Assembly (NCBI GenBank): GCA_964549585.1 | Contig: CAZJWA010000009.1 | Coordinates: 2,834-66,833, forward strand | Reading direction: 5' to 3' | DNA: 64,000 bases | Source of the DNA: an uncultured Butyrivibrio sp. | GTDB lineage: Bacteria; Bacillota; Clostridia; Lachnospirales; Lachnospiraceae | In this document: positions 18,373 to 27,305 of the stretch, piece after piece | How the letters are laid out: every line of letters starts with the position of its first letter | How positions within the stretch are numbered: the stretch's first letter is position 1 | Position numbers and translations under genes: made by a program | Notes under the pieces: model-generated | Told to the model about the DNA's origin: nothing | The model's database searches: none | What the model saw: only the letters and a program-made list of their open reading frames with translations

Positions 18373-18550
18373 CTAATCAGTATCCTCTTTTATCTTTATT
18401 AATCCTAATACAACATTTTCCATTTTTATGCCAAAATAAGCTAATATAATAATAACACAATGAACTATAATAATAAAAAGAATAAAAATTAACGATGGCA
18501 AGATTATCTCTTATTTCACCTGGATTTCGCTTAAAATGGAGTGTTTTTGT

Positions 18551-20404
18551 ATGGAACAACTTTTTTTTAAACAATATATGGAACTGAGCTGCAGCTTTAG
18601 AAAGTTCAGCCTATTTAATGACTTATCCAAGATGGTTACAGAAGAAAGTCGGGATTTTTATATAAACAAGGCAAATTCTCTGACTGGATACCACTTCTCT
18701 CCCATCATGGCTACAGATTATATGAAGTTTAAGAGACTGGGAAACAGAGAGGACTGTGAACACATTTATTTTGAAAAAAGAAATATGCTAAACGTCTTCT
18801 TCATTGCAGAGCTCTTAGAAAACAAAGGGAGATTCCTTGACGATATAATAAATGGTATTTTCTCAATTTGCGAAGAATCAGGATGGCAGCTTCCTGCCCA
18901 TAATTCATATATCCGTGATACGCCTCAGGAAATTCTTCCTGACAATTCGCGCCCTGTTATGGACCTATTTGCATGTGAAAGTGGAGCACAGCTTGCCATA
19001 ATATATCATTTTCTCAAATCAGCTCTCGATAAGATTTCTCCGTTTATTTGCAGCAGAATTGAATATGAGCTTAATAAAAGAATTATTATGCCTTACCTTA
19101 ATGAGCATTTTTGGTGGATGGGAAATGGTGATGAGCCTATGTGCAACTGGACAAGCTGGTGCACTCAAAATACTCTTATTTGCGCATCATGTCTTCCGCT
19201 TCCTAAGGATTCATACGAAAAGGTTATCAGAAAAGTTTGCGAAAGCATGGACTTTTTTCTAAAGGATTATGGCGAGGATGGCTGCTGTGAGGAAGGTGCG
19301 CAGTATTATCACCACGCTGGGCTATGCCTGTTTCTTACGACTAAGATACTCAATAATATCTCTGATAATTCTTTTACCAAAATATGGGATAACGAAAAAA
19401 TCAAAAATATAGCTGAATATATATGTAATATTCACGCTCAGGGAGATTATTATTTCAACTTTGCCGACTGCTCTCCTATTGCAGGAAAAGCGGGCGCAGA
19501 GGAATACCTTTTTGGAAAAGAAATAAAGAGCGGTATTCTTATTTCTTTTGCCGCAAAGGACTTTTCTTCTGATTCAAAAAGACTTCTTCCTGTTGAAGAA
19601 TCGGACACGAGCGCTATCAGAAGAATACTGACGCTCTACTATGAACAAGAAATATTAGATTATGCAAATAGTCACCCAAAAGTGCTTGTTCCGGGAAATA
19701 TCTGGTACGAAAGCGTCGGCGTATTTATAGCGCGAAGCGGAGAAACTACTCTTGCCGTAAAGAGCGGCGATAACAATGATAGCCACAATCATAATGATAC
19801 TGGAAGCATTATCCTCTACCATGACGCGAAGCCTATACTGATTGACGTTGGTGTTTCAACATACACCGCCAAAACTTTTTCAGATAAAAGATACGAGATT
19901 TGGACCATGCAGTCCTCGTATCACAATCTCCCAACGATTGCAGGCTTTGATGAATTAAACGGCGAAAACTACAAGGCGTCAAATGTAAAGACAGATATGT
20001 CAAATAAAGCCTTAATAGAAATGGAGCTAAAGAATTGTTATCCGAATGATTGCGGTTTGAAATCATATGTAAGAAAAGTTTCTTTGACGAAAGCTCTTGG
20101 ATGCTTGGATGCTCCAAATAAAGAATCCCAGACATTTATGCTTACTGATACCTTTGAATTTGAAGAAGGAGCACAAAGTAAAGATGTTGTGCTCAATTTT
20201 ATGTCATATGAAAGCGCAGTTCTAAAGGACAATATTTTAAAAATTGGATCAATTTATAGATTTGAAGTAAGCGGATTTAAAGACTGCATAATAGAAAAGA
20301 TTCCCATCACAGACAAACGGCTTGCCATAGCATGGAAACACGATATTTCACGAATCAGGTTCGTTAGTGACGGAAATCCTTTTACTCTTAGAACGAGTAA
20401 ATAA
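18551..20404 (+). CDS. heparinase II/III-like family protein (polysaccharide lyase fold)
   Basis: The C-terminal segment SGDNNDSHNHNDTGSIILYHDAKPILIDVGVSTYT matches the heparinase II/III signature (H.H.D.gsf....D.G...Y). A GGAG RBS precedes the ATG at 18551. The track start is 18536. Confidence 0.7.
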   Translation: MEQLFFKQYMELSCSFRKFSLFNDLSKMVTEESRDFYINKANSLTGYHFSPIMATDYMKFKRLGNREDCEHIYFEKRNMLNVFFIAELLENKGRFLDDIINGIFSICEESGWQLPAHNSYIRDTPQEILPDNSRPVMDLFACESGAQLAIIYHFLKSALDKISPFICSRIEYELNKRIIMPYLNEHFWWMGNGDEPMCNWTSWCTQNTLICASCLPLPKDSYEKVIRKVCESMDFFLKDYGEDGCCEEGAQYYHHAGLCLFLTTKILNNISDNSFTKIWDNEKIKNIAEYICNIHAQGDYYFNFADCSPIAGKAGAEEYLFGKEIKSGILISFAAKDFSSDSKRLLPVEESDTSAIRRILTLYYEQEILDYANSHPKVLVPGNIWYESVGVFIARSGETTLAVKSGDNNDSHNHNDTGSIILYHDAKPILIDVGVSTYTAKTFSDKRYEIWTMQSSYHNLPTIAGFDELNGENYKASNVKTDMSNKALIEMELKNCYPNDCGLKSYVRKVSLTKALGCLDAPNKESQTFMLTDTFEFEEGAQSKDVVLNFMSYESAVLKDNILKIGSIYRFEVSGFKDCIIEKIPITDKRLAIAWKHDISRIRFVSDGNPFTLRTSK

Positions 20405-20432
20405 TAGAATATATAATTCTAATTTGTTAATT

Positions 20433-20468
20433 AAAAAAACGAGGCTGCAATAAGGCGGCCTCGTTTTT
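20433..20468. terminator. bidirectional intrinsic terminator
   Basis: A7 CGAGGC, a loop, GCCTCG, then T5. It lies between convergent genes. Confidence 0.75.
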
Positions 20469-20489
20469 AATTCAGCTTATTTAATATTT

Positions 20490-21356
20490 TTAAAATAAAG
20501 AGCATGCATCAATAAGCTCATTTCTAAAAGTCATTGTCCCTCCAAGGCGAAGTCTTGTCTTTCTTGCAGCAGCTTCCGACATCATTCTCATGAAGCTGCA
20601 AGAGGCAGCAGCGCTTCTTGTAAGGCATGAAATATCGCTGCAGGCCTTTTGCGACTTATGATTTCCAAGTGCTATATGCTTTTTAGAATTTGATGCTGAT
20701 GCCGAAAGAAAAGCGCCAAGTACAGCAGACGACATACAACCTCCGCCTGTTATTCTCTTAATCATGCGACTTCCACCAGATACATAGAAAAGATTTTCGC
20801 CATCAGTAATAATGTCTGTTTCACCTGTAAGCACAACTATTATGTTATATTTCTTGGCACAAAAGGCAGCATTTTCAGCAATACTTTTCAAATTATCCGG
20901 CGTAATCATATCCTCTTTAGATACATCTATCCCGCCACTATTCGTCCCTCTCATAAGACTCTTAATTTCAGACAGATTACACCGAAGTACGCTTACTTTC
21001 CCACTTTCAAGAAATTCAGTTGCAAAATCTCTTCTATATGACGAAGCTGAAACTCCAACAGGGTCAAGAACAACCGGTATATCGCGTTTTAGTGCCTCAT
21101 CCGCTGAGCTTTCCATAGCGCCAAAAGCTCTTGTCGCTCCAAGATTGCATACAAGCGCACCCGCAATTCCTGTCACCTCTGCTGCCTCTTTGATATGCTG
21201 CGCCATTATTGGCGAAGCACCAATCGCAAGAAGAATATTTGCGCAGTCATTTACCGTCACATTATTTGTAATGCAGTGTATTACCGGTTGCTGCTCTCTC
21301 AATGAACTGATGAGTTTTTTTACTTCCATCTTTGTAATCTTGTCTTCAATTTTCAT
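20490..21356 (-). CDS. thiM: hydroxyethylthiazole kinase
   Basis: VIHCITNNVTVNDCANILLAIGASPIMA is the ThiM hallmark. The gene lies in a thiamine operon. Confidence 0.9.
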   Translation of the reverse strand: MKIEDKITKMEVKKLISSLREQQPVIHCITNNVTVNDCANILLAIGASPIMAQHIKEAAEVTGIAGALVCNLGATRAFGAMESSADEALKRDIPVVLDPVGVSASSYRRDFATEFLESGKVSVLRCNLSEIKSLMRGTNSGGIDVSKEDMITPDNLKSIAENAAFCAKKYNIIVVLTGETDIITDGENLFYVSGGSRMIKRITGGGCMSSAVLGAFLSASASNSKKHIALGNHKSQKACSDISCLTRSAAASCSFMRMMSEAAARKTRLRLGGTMTFRNELIDACSLF

Positions 21357-21389
21357 AAATGTACCTTCAAGTAATTTTATCTAGTTTGA

Positions 21390-21959
21390 TTATACAGCTT
21401 TGTTCTCTTTATTTGATGTAAAATCTTTTGTCATTTCTTTTTCCAAAGAATCAGAAAGTTCTGATTTCATCTTAGTAAGAGCGCCGGTTTTCCTAAGTGC
21501 CTCTACGATAATTATTGCTATAAGAGTTCCGCCACATGTGCTTACAAGAAATGGTATTACAAATGTAAAAAGAGCTGCCGATGTGTTACCCATTATTATG
21601 GCTGCAACAGGGTAAGCAAGCATTCCGCCTATTATTCCGGTTCCAAGTATCTCTCCTGCATATGCAAATGGGAGTTTCTTAAAGTACTTGTACAAAAGGC
21701 CTGATAGCAGTGCTCCGCACATGCTTCCTGGAAAAGCCATAGGTGTTCCAAGTCCTAAAAGGTTACGGATAAGGCTTGAGATAAATGCTGCTGCAAGTCC
21801 CCACCATGGTCCAAGAAGTACCGCGCAAAATACGTTCACGATATGCTGAACCGGTGCGCATTTAGAACCAAATACCGGAAACGAAAAGAGCGAACCAACT
21901 ACTGCAATTGCTGCAAATACTGCTGTTAATGTCATTTTTCTTAAATTTGTCTTTTTCAT
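21390..21959 (-). CDS. thiW: ECF-type S component ThiW (thiazole precursor uptake)
   Basis: The 189-aa membrane protein has ...FPVFGSKCAPVQHIVNVFCAVLLGPWWG..., typical of ThiW. It sits between cytX and thiM. Confidence 0.8.
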   Translation of the reverse strand: MKKTNLRKMTLTAVFAAIAVVGSLFSFPVFGSKCAPVQHIVNVFCAVLLGPWWGLAAAFISSLIRNLLGLGTPMAFPGSMCGALLSGLLYKYFKKLPFAYAGEILGTGIIGGMLAYPVAAIIMGNTSAALFTFVIPFLVSTCGGTLIAIIIVEALRKTGALTKMKSELSDSLEKEMTKDFTSNKENKAV

Positions 21960-21987
21960 AATAATTCACGCCTTCCTCATATTGAGT

Positions 21988-23175
21988 TTAGTTTTTCGTG
22001 AATTTATTACCTCTTACAAAACTGACAATAACACAAATTAGTACAGTAATAAGCATCGCAGGAAGCGTATTTCCAATTGGAATATCTATTCTCATAAATG
22101 CTCTGTATATGATAAAACCAATAAACCATATTACCAGATTTTCTACTCCAAAATTTCTCTCTTTATTATCTTTTTTCAAAATAAAATAATCTGCTATCTG
22201 TATCGCAATCATTGGTGCAAAAACTGAGCCGATTAAATACAGGAAATCTGTAATATCATCCATCGGAAAAAGACACGCGCAGATCGTTCCAATTACTGTA
22301 ACGATTATCGCAGCTTTTTTCTCGGAAACCTTCTTAGTTATAGAAAACGCTGATACTCCACCTGAATATGCATCAAGAAATGTTGTCGTCACAGTCGAAA
22401 ATACAATTATTAACAGTCCGGCAATTCCAAGTCCGGCACTTACCATGATTCCTGCAATATCAGATTCTCCGGTAAAGATTGCTGCTCCAAGTCCAATCGA
22501 ATACATGAATATGCTGACAAGGCTATACACAATAACGCTTACTGCGGTTGCAGCATACGGCTTTTCTGCTTCTCTTGTATAGTCGCTAATAAGTGGAAGC
22601 CAGGAAAGCGGCATCGCTACAGCAAGTTCAACGGCTGCGCCAAAGCTCATGCTATCATCTACAACTACATTCTGCATACTGCCGCTTCCATATATAAGTT
22701 TGAAAAGTATCAGAGATAGTGCAAAGAGCGCCAGCATTGCTATTGTATTGACTTTGCCAAGGTTCTTAATTCCAATCAGTATCCATACAATAATAAGTGC
22801 TCCGATTATCAGTGCCCATACCGGCACTCCTATTGGAAGAATCTGATTAGCCGAAAGAGCCCCGTCATACGCCATTATTGCTGTCCATCCAACAAGCTGC
22901 AAAACGTTCATTGCCGAGAAAAAGAGTCCTCCCTTTTCTCCAAAGCTCATTTTAACGGTTTCCATTGCACTTTTTTTCTCTTTGGCTCCAATAAGTCCTG
23001 CAGCAAACATCATAACTGCTCCAATGATATGACCAATAATTATCGCCAGCATTGCTTTTCCAAAACCCATTGACGAATAATAGGTTCCGGTAAGTATTTC
23101 AGCTAGTGATACTCCTGCTCCAAACCATATCAATCCATTTGCAAAAAGAGATGTTCCCTTTGATGAATTATTCAT
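21988..23175 (-). CDS. cytX: NCS1-family permease, CytX-type putative hydroxymethylpyrimidine transporter
   Basis: The 395-aa polytopic ORF has a cytosine-permease-like N-terminus and the thiD-adjacent context characteristic of CytX. Confidence 0.75.
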   Translation of the reverse strand: MNNSSKGTSLFANGLIWFGAGVSLAEILTGTYYSSMGFGKAMLAIIIGHIIGAVMMFAAGLIGAKEKKSAMETVKMSFGEKGGLFFSAMNVLQLVGWTAIMAYDGALSANQILPIGVPVWALIIGALIIVWILIGIKNLGKVNTIAMLALFALSLILFKLIYGSGSMQNVVVDDSMSFGAAVELAVAMPLSWLPLISDYTREAEKPYAATAVSVIVYSLVSIFMYSIGLGAAIFTGESDIAGIMVSAGLGIAGLLIIVFSTVTTTFLDAYSGGVSAFSITKKVSEKKAAIIVTVIGTICACLFPMDDITDFLYLIGSVFAPMIAIQIADYFILKKDNKERNFGVENLVIWFIGFIIYRAFMRIDIPIGNTLPAMLITVLICVIVSFVRGNKFTKN

Positions 23176-23227
23176 AATTAAATTTGTTTGAAATCCGCTT
23201 TCAAACTCCCCCTGATTTTCCGACTTT

Positions 23228-24025
23228 TTAGTCTGTATAGCTTCCGTTTATTGCAAAAGCATGATTCATAGGTCCGCTTCCCTTGCCAAGGTTAAGGTTT
23301 GCAGCAAGTGCTCCCGAAATATAGTTCTTGGCATATTTTACAGATACTGTGACGTCATAGCCCTTTGCAAGATTAGACGCTATCGCACTTGAAAGCGTGC
23401 AGCCTGTCCCATGTGTATTGGAGTTGTCTATTCTTTTGTCTTCAAACCAGCAGCCCTTTCCATTTGCGTAGAGATAATCATTTGCATCGTTAAGCTTATG
23501 ACCGCCTTTACAAAGAACTCCGCAGCCATATTTCTCATAAATATACTTTGCTGCCATCTCCATGTCCTTATCAGACGAGATACTGATTCCGGATAAGCTT
23601 TCAGTTTCAGGGATATTTGGTGTTATCACAGTTGCAAGAGGTAATAATTCACTTGTCAAGGTTCCAATTGCATCCTCACTTATCAGTCTTGCCCCGCTTG
23701 TCGCCACCATTACAGGATCTACAACGAGTTTATTAACGTCGTACTGCCTAAGCTTTTCTGCTATAACGCGGATTAGCTCTGATGAAGAAACCATTCCTGT
23801 CTTAACTGCGTCAGGATAAATATCCGTAAATATACAGTCAAGCTGTTCTTCAAGAAATAATGGTGATACTTCCATAATGTCTACAACGCCGGTTGTATTC
23901 TGAGCAGTAAGCGCAGTAACAGCGCTCATGGCATAAACGCCATTAGCTGTCATTGTCTTGATATCTGCCTGGATGCCGGCGCCTCCGCTGGAATCACTTC
24001 CGGCGATTGTTAATGCTGTATTCAT
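23228..24025 (-). CDS. thiD: bifunctional hydroxymethylpyrimidine / phosphomethylpyrimidine kinase
   Basis: ALTIAGSDSSGGAGIQADIKT and ...TGCTLSSAIA are ThiD motifs. The track start is 24037. The ATG at 24025 follows a GGAG RBS. Confidence 0.92.
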   Translation of the reverse strand: MNTALTIAGSDSSGGAGIQADIKTMTANGVYAMSAVTALTAQNTTGVVDIMEVSPLFLEEQLDCIFTDIYPDAVKTGMVSSSELIRVIAEKLRQYDVNKLVVDPVMVATSGARLISEDAIGTLTSELLPLATVITPNIPETESLSGISISSDKDMEMAAKYIYEKYGCGVLCKGGHKLNDANDYLYANGKGCWFEDKRIDNSNTHGTGCTLSSAIASNLAKGYDVTVSVKYAKNYISGALAANLNLGKGSGPMNHAFAINGSYTD

Positions 24026-24101
24026 GATAGTCTCCATTCTTCTACACTTACCTCTTCACTTGAATTAAAGTGATTTGGATTTGCATTATTTTTGTATAGC
24101 G

Positions 24102-24178
24102 ACACAAGGTGGTGCCCCCGGTCTGCCGCTATGTGCCGATGCTCTCACCGGCACGATTGTGTATTTTTTTGTTTTTTT
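24102..24178. other. GC-rich structured island closed by ACACAA/TTGTGT arms, with T-runs on the plus strand
   Basis: The arms are 24102-24107 ACACAA and 24157-24162 TTGTGT. The inner hairpin is GTGCCG (24133-24138) / CGGCAC (24149-24154). It is followed on the plus strand by ATTTTTTTGTTTTTTT. The island sits in the thiE-thiD spacer. Confidence 0.5.
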
Positions 24179-24188
24179 ATCAAATATT

Positions 24189-24238
24189 TTTTGTTGATTT
24201 TATTGATCGTTCTTATTGATCGTTCTTATTGTTCATTC
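24189..24238. repeat. 13-bp direct repeats (3 copies plus one degenerate)
   Basis: ttattgatcgttc (24200-24212), ttattgatcgttc (24213-24225) and ttattgttcattc (24226-24238), preceded by the degenerate ttttgttgatt. Confidence 0.85.
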
Positions 24239-24264
24239 TATTTGACTTTTTTAACTATTTCTCA

Positions 24265-24924
24265 TTATAGTTCTGAAATTAACTTCTTAAGCTTATCTGT
24301 CTCTTTTGTAATATCGTTTGCCGCAAATATTCCTTCAGATACTGCTACTCCGGCTATTTTCTCTCCGGCAAGCTTAGAGACATTTTGCGAAGTTATTCCG
24401 CCAATTGCTACTACCGGAATATGTACACTTTCACAAATGCTTCTAAGCGTATCTTTCGACATTGGTTTTGCATCAGACTTTGTTCCTGTAATAAAAAGCG
24501 CTCCGCTTCCAAGATAATCTGCTCCTGCTATCTCTGCTGCTTTAGCCTCAACGGCATTTCTTGCCGTAACACCAAGAATCATATCGTGGCCAATTATTTC
24601 ACGTACCTTTGACGCTTCCATGTCGCTTTGCCCCACATGAACACCGTCTGCTCCAATTTTTACGGCAAGAGGCACATTATCGTCTAAGATAAATGGAACA
24701 TTATATTTCCTGCACAGCTTTTGAGCTTCAATTGCCTCTTCTTCAAGCTTGTCTAAAGATATGCTCTTTTCTCTTAGCTGCAGCATTGTTATCCCGCCTT
24801 CTAGTGCCTGCTCAATTTCTTCTAACAATGTAAATTTCTTAACACTTCCATCCGCCATAGTCTTTTCAAGATGATGACTATCCGTTACCGCATATAGTGA
24901 AAGTGCATTTCTGTTTAATAGCAT
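24265..24924 (-). CDS. thiE: thiamine-phosphate synthase
   Basis: LYAVTD..., ...LQLREK..., GADGVHVGQSD and the GG-rich C-terminus are ThiE motifs. The track start is TTG 24951. The ATG at 24924 follows an AAAGGAA RBS. Confidence 0.9.
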   Translation of the reverse strand: MLLNRNALSLYAVTDSHHLEKTMADGSVKKFTLLEEIEQALEGGITMLQLREKSISLDKLEEEAIEAQKLCRKYNVPFILDDNVPLAVKIGADGVHVGQSDMEASKVREIIGHDMILGVTARNAVEAKAAEIAGADYLGSGALFITGTKSDAKPMSKDTLRSICESVHIPVVAIGGITSQNVSKLAGEKIAGVAVSEGIFAANDITKETDKLKKLISEL

Positions 24925-24984
24925 TTCGATTCCTTTTCTGATTATCTTCAAACCTGGTAGTTTTCATACTTACAAATTTCTACA

Positions 24985-25115
24985 CAAAAAGAGCTTTCCT
25001 ATGCCTGCGTGCAGGCACCAGAAAGCTCTACTAATGAACTATCTATTTCCCTACGTTGGCATTATCCAAATCAGGTTGTGGGTATTATCTCAGCTAGCTC
25101 TCGCCGGCACCCCAT
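24985..25115 (-). promoter_or_regulatory. TPP (THI-box) riboswitch with terminator expression platform
   Basis: The minus strand reads GGGGUGCCGGCGAGAGCUAGCUGAGAUAAUACCCACAACCUGAUUUGGAUAAUGCCAACGUAGGGAA (about 25113 down to 25047). This matches the TPP aptamer consensus (GGGGUGC..CUGAGA..ACCC..ACCUGAU..GGAUAAUGCC..CGUAGGGA). It is followed by the hairpin AGAGCUUUC...GAAAGCUCU plus U5 (24985-25028). Confidence 0.9.
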
Positions 25116-25229
25116 TTTGATTATTAACTCTGTGAAATTTAAATTACTTGCTTATTATACACTATGTAAGTTTGATTGCAAGCGGCTCTTTTGAATAGGC
25201 ATCATTAGTACTCTTTTGAATAGGCATCA

Positions 25230-26378
25230 TTAGTAAATCCTATAATTTCCTGACAGCGCAAGAACAGCAAACATATAGAGGCAGTTGTCATAGTATCTTC
25301 TGTTCCCTGTTCGCATTGGTGTATTCCAAAGCTTTGAAATGCACTCTTTTGAATACCTGCCATCAACAGATGCCGAAGCTATAGACGCCTCTGCATTAAC
25401 AGCAGTAATTGCAATAGGATGAAGTGCTTTCTCAGGTAGTATTGTTCCATCGGTTAAGTAGATATTATCATCAAGTTCTCCACACGTATCACAGAAAAAT
25501 TTCTGAAGCTTATCTGCAATAAAAGATGACCAACCGCCAAATACTGTGCCTTTTGAAAACCATTCATAATTCAGCGCTATATTTGCAATGGTTCTATATG
25601 CATCACTGTAATACCAGTCATGTCTTCCAAACTGTTCCTTGTTCAGTAAATAAGGTCTTCCGTCAAAAGAGCTGTATTCTGCGCTAAGTCCTGTAGAAGG
25701 ATTGCACGCTTTTTCAAGATATTCAATACTTGCAAGTGTAGCCTGATTCCAGAATTCTCTATCTTCTTCATATGCCCATAGTGAAAAGAGATAATAAAAA
25801 TGTGGTAAATGATATGACGGATCAGTAAAATCAACTTCAGGAATAAACCTAATCAAATGATTCGAAGGATCCCACATTGCTCTTCCTTCTCCATCCTCAC
25901 CTTTATGGATACAGGTATGAAGTATTTCCTTCGCCATATGAGAATAGTCATAGATTCCTTCGCCGTCTCCCCATCTATGCGAAGCAAAGAAAAGCGCCAT
26001 GGCAAAATATTCCTCTCCGTCAGGTGCAGGTCCATACGCATTCTTCTCACCATTTACAGAAACGCTCCATGCAAAATAGCCGGCATTTATTCCGCTATCC
26101 ATGTACATATATGTCATGGCAAATTTCCAAAGTTTGTCAAACTCAGCCCTTTTGTCCATCTGAACACACATCATCATTGCATAGGACATACCTTCGGTTC
26201 TTGCATCATTATTTCCGGTGTCTTCAAAATAAGCCATATCGCCATCTATCTCATGATAGAATCTATCTTCTCCGTAAAAAATGTTGTTGAAAGTATTCTT
26301 TACAAAGCTTTGCGAGCCTTCTTCACTATAGCCAAATTTGACAAAATAATTTGTATATTCCTTATCACCAAAATCCAT
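25230..26378 (-). CDS. glycoside hydrolase family 8, reducing-end xylose-releasing exo-oligoxylanase-like
   Basis: The 382-aa ORF has no signal peptide. The DARTEGMSYAMMMCVQMD block resembles the GH8 catalytic-region signature. Its size and xylan-locus context fit Rex8-type enzymes. Confidence 0.7.
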   Translation of the reverse strand: MDFGDKEYTNYFVKFGYSEEGSQSFVKNTFNNIFYGEDRFYHEIDGDMAYFEDTGNNDARTEGMSYAMMMCVQMDKRAEFDKLWKFAMTYMYMDSGINAGYFAWSVSVNGEKNAYGPAPDGEEYFAMALFFASHRWGDGEGIYDYSHMAKEILHTCIHKGEDGEGRAMWDPSNHLIRFIPEVDFTDPSYHLPHFYYLFSLWAYEEDREFWNQATLASIEYLEKACNPSTGLSAEYSSFDGRPYLLNKEQFGRHDWYYSDAYRTIANIALNYEWFSKGTVFGGWSSFIADKLQKFFCDTCGELDDNIYLTDGTILPEKALHPIAITAVNAEASIASASVDGRYSKECISKLWNTPMRTGNRRYYDNCLYMFAVLALSGNYRIY

Positions 26379-26387
26379 TTTTGCCTC

Positions 26388-27305
26388 TTATTCTTTTACT
26401 CCGCCAAGAGTTAGTCCTGCAACGAAATAGTTCTGAAGAAATGGGTAGATACATATAATTGGAAGCATTGTAAGTATTGTTGCAGCCGCACGAACCGACG
26501 TGGGCGTAATTGTACCTGAAGCATTCTTCATAGCTTCAGCTGAGGTTCCCTGATTTGTTACTGATGACAACAGCTTCATAAGCTCATACTGAAGTGTTGT
26601 TAACTTATCACTCATTCTATTATAGAGCATCGCATCAAACCATGAATTCCATTGTCCAACCGCTACAAACAACGCAACAGTTGCATAAACAGGTTTGCAA
26701 AGAGGTGAGATTATTTTTAAAAATATTACTGTATATCCAGCTCCGTCAAGCTGCGCAGATTCCTCAAAGCTATCCGGCAGTCCGTTCATATATGTTCGTA
26801 TTACAAGCATATTAAAAGCACTTATCGCTCCGGGAATAACATAAACCCAAAAGCTGTTTGTAAGTCCAAGTGACTTATAAAGTAGAAACGTAGGAATAAG
26901 TCCGCCGTTTACATACATAGTAATAACCCAGAATAAAGATAGGCCTCTTTTAAATATGAATCTCTTTCTACTTACAATAAATGCAAGAATTGCATTTAGA
27001 GCAAGCGATAAAAGAGTCCCAACGATTGTACGCATTACCGAAATAAACATACCGGTAATCAAATTATCTTTTTGCAAAACCGTCGTATAGTTCTTAATAG
27101 TAAACTTTCTAGGAATAAGATATATTCCGCCTCGAAGCGCATCTGTTCCTTCATTAAAGGAAAGCGCCAATGTGTTCAGAACAGGATAAAGCGTAATAAT
27201 TATAAATGCTGCCATAAATATTGTATTGCAAACCGTGAAGATAATATCTCCGGTTGATTTTTTCATTTTAGTGTTGTTAGCCATCATATGCTCCTTTTTT
27301 ATCAA
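26388..27305 (-). CDS. carbohydrate ABC transporter permease (LplC/YtcP-like)
   Basis: It has six TM segments and an EAA-loop-like ESAQLDGAGYTVIF. It overlaps the upstream permease by 4 nt. Confidence 0.85.
   Translation of the reverse strand: MIKKEHMMANNTKMKKSTGDIIFTVCNTIFMAAFIIITLYPVLNTLALSFNEGTDALRGGIYLIPRKFTIKNYTTVLQKDNLITGMFISVMRTIVGTLLSLALNAILAFIVSRKRFIFKRGLSLFWVITMYVNGGLIPTFLLYKSLGLTNSFWVYVIPGAISAFNMLVIRTYMNGLPDSFEESAQLDGAGYTVIFLKIISPLCKPVYATVALFVAVGQWNSWFDAMLYNRMSDKLTTLQYELMKLLSSVTNQGTSAEAMKNASGTITPTSVRAAATILTMLPIICIYPFLQNYFVAGLTLGGVKE

Noticed and set aside
20812-21384. 190-aa plus-strand ORF
   Set aside because: It lies antisense to thiM across its whole length. It is low-complexity and Ser/Ile-rich, with no start context, which is typical of a shadow ORF.
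24105-24125. T-box-like GGTGGTGCCCCCGG on the plus strand followed by a terminator
   Set aside because: It has two mismatches to the T-box core. There is no Stem I or specifier structure upstream, and no plus-strand gene downstream to regulate.
24092-24517. 141-aa plus-strand ORF spanning the thiD-thiE spacer and the thiE 3' end
   Set aside because: It begins inside the GC-rich structured island, runs through the 13-bp repeats and then runs antisense to thiE. It has no RBS, so a coding role is not credible.
25857-26414. 185-aa and 137-aa plus-strand ORFs
   Set aside because: Both lie antisense to the GH8 gene, whose frame carries recognisable GH8 motifs. I treat them as shadow ORFs.
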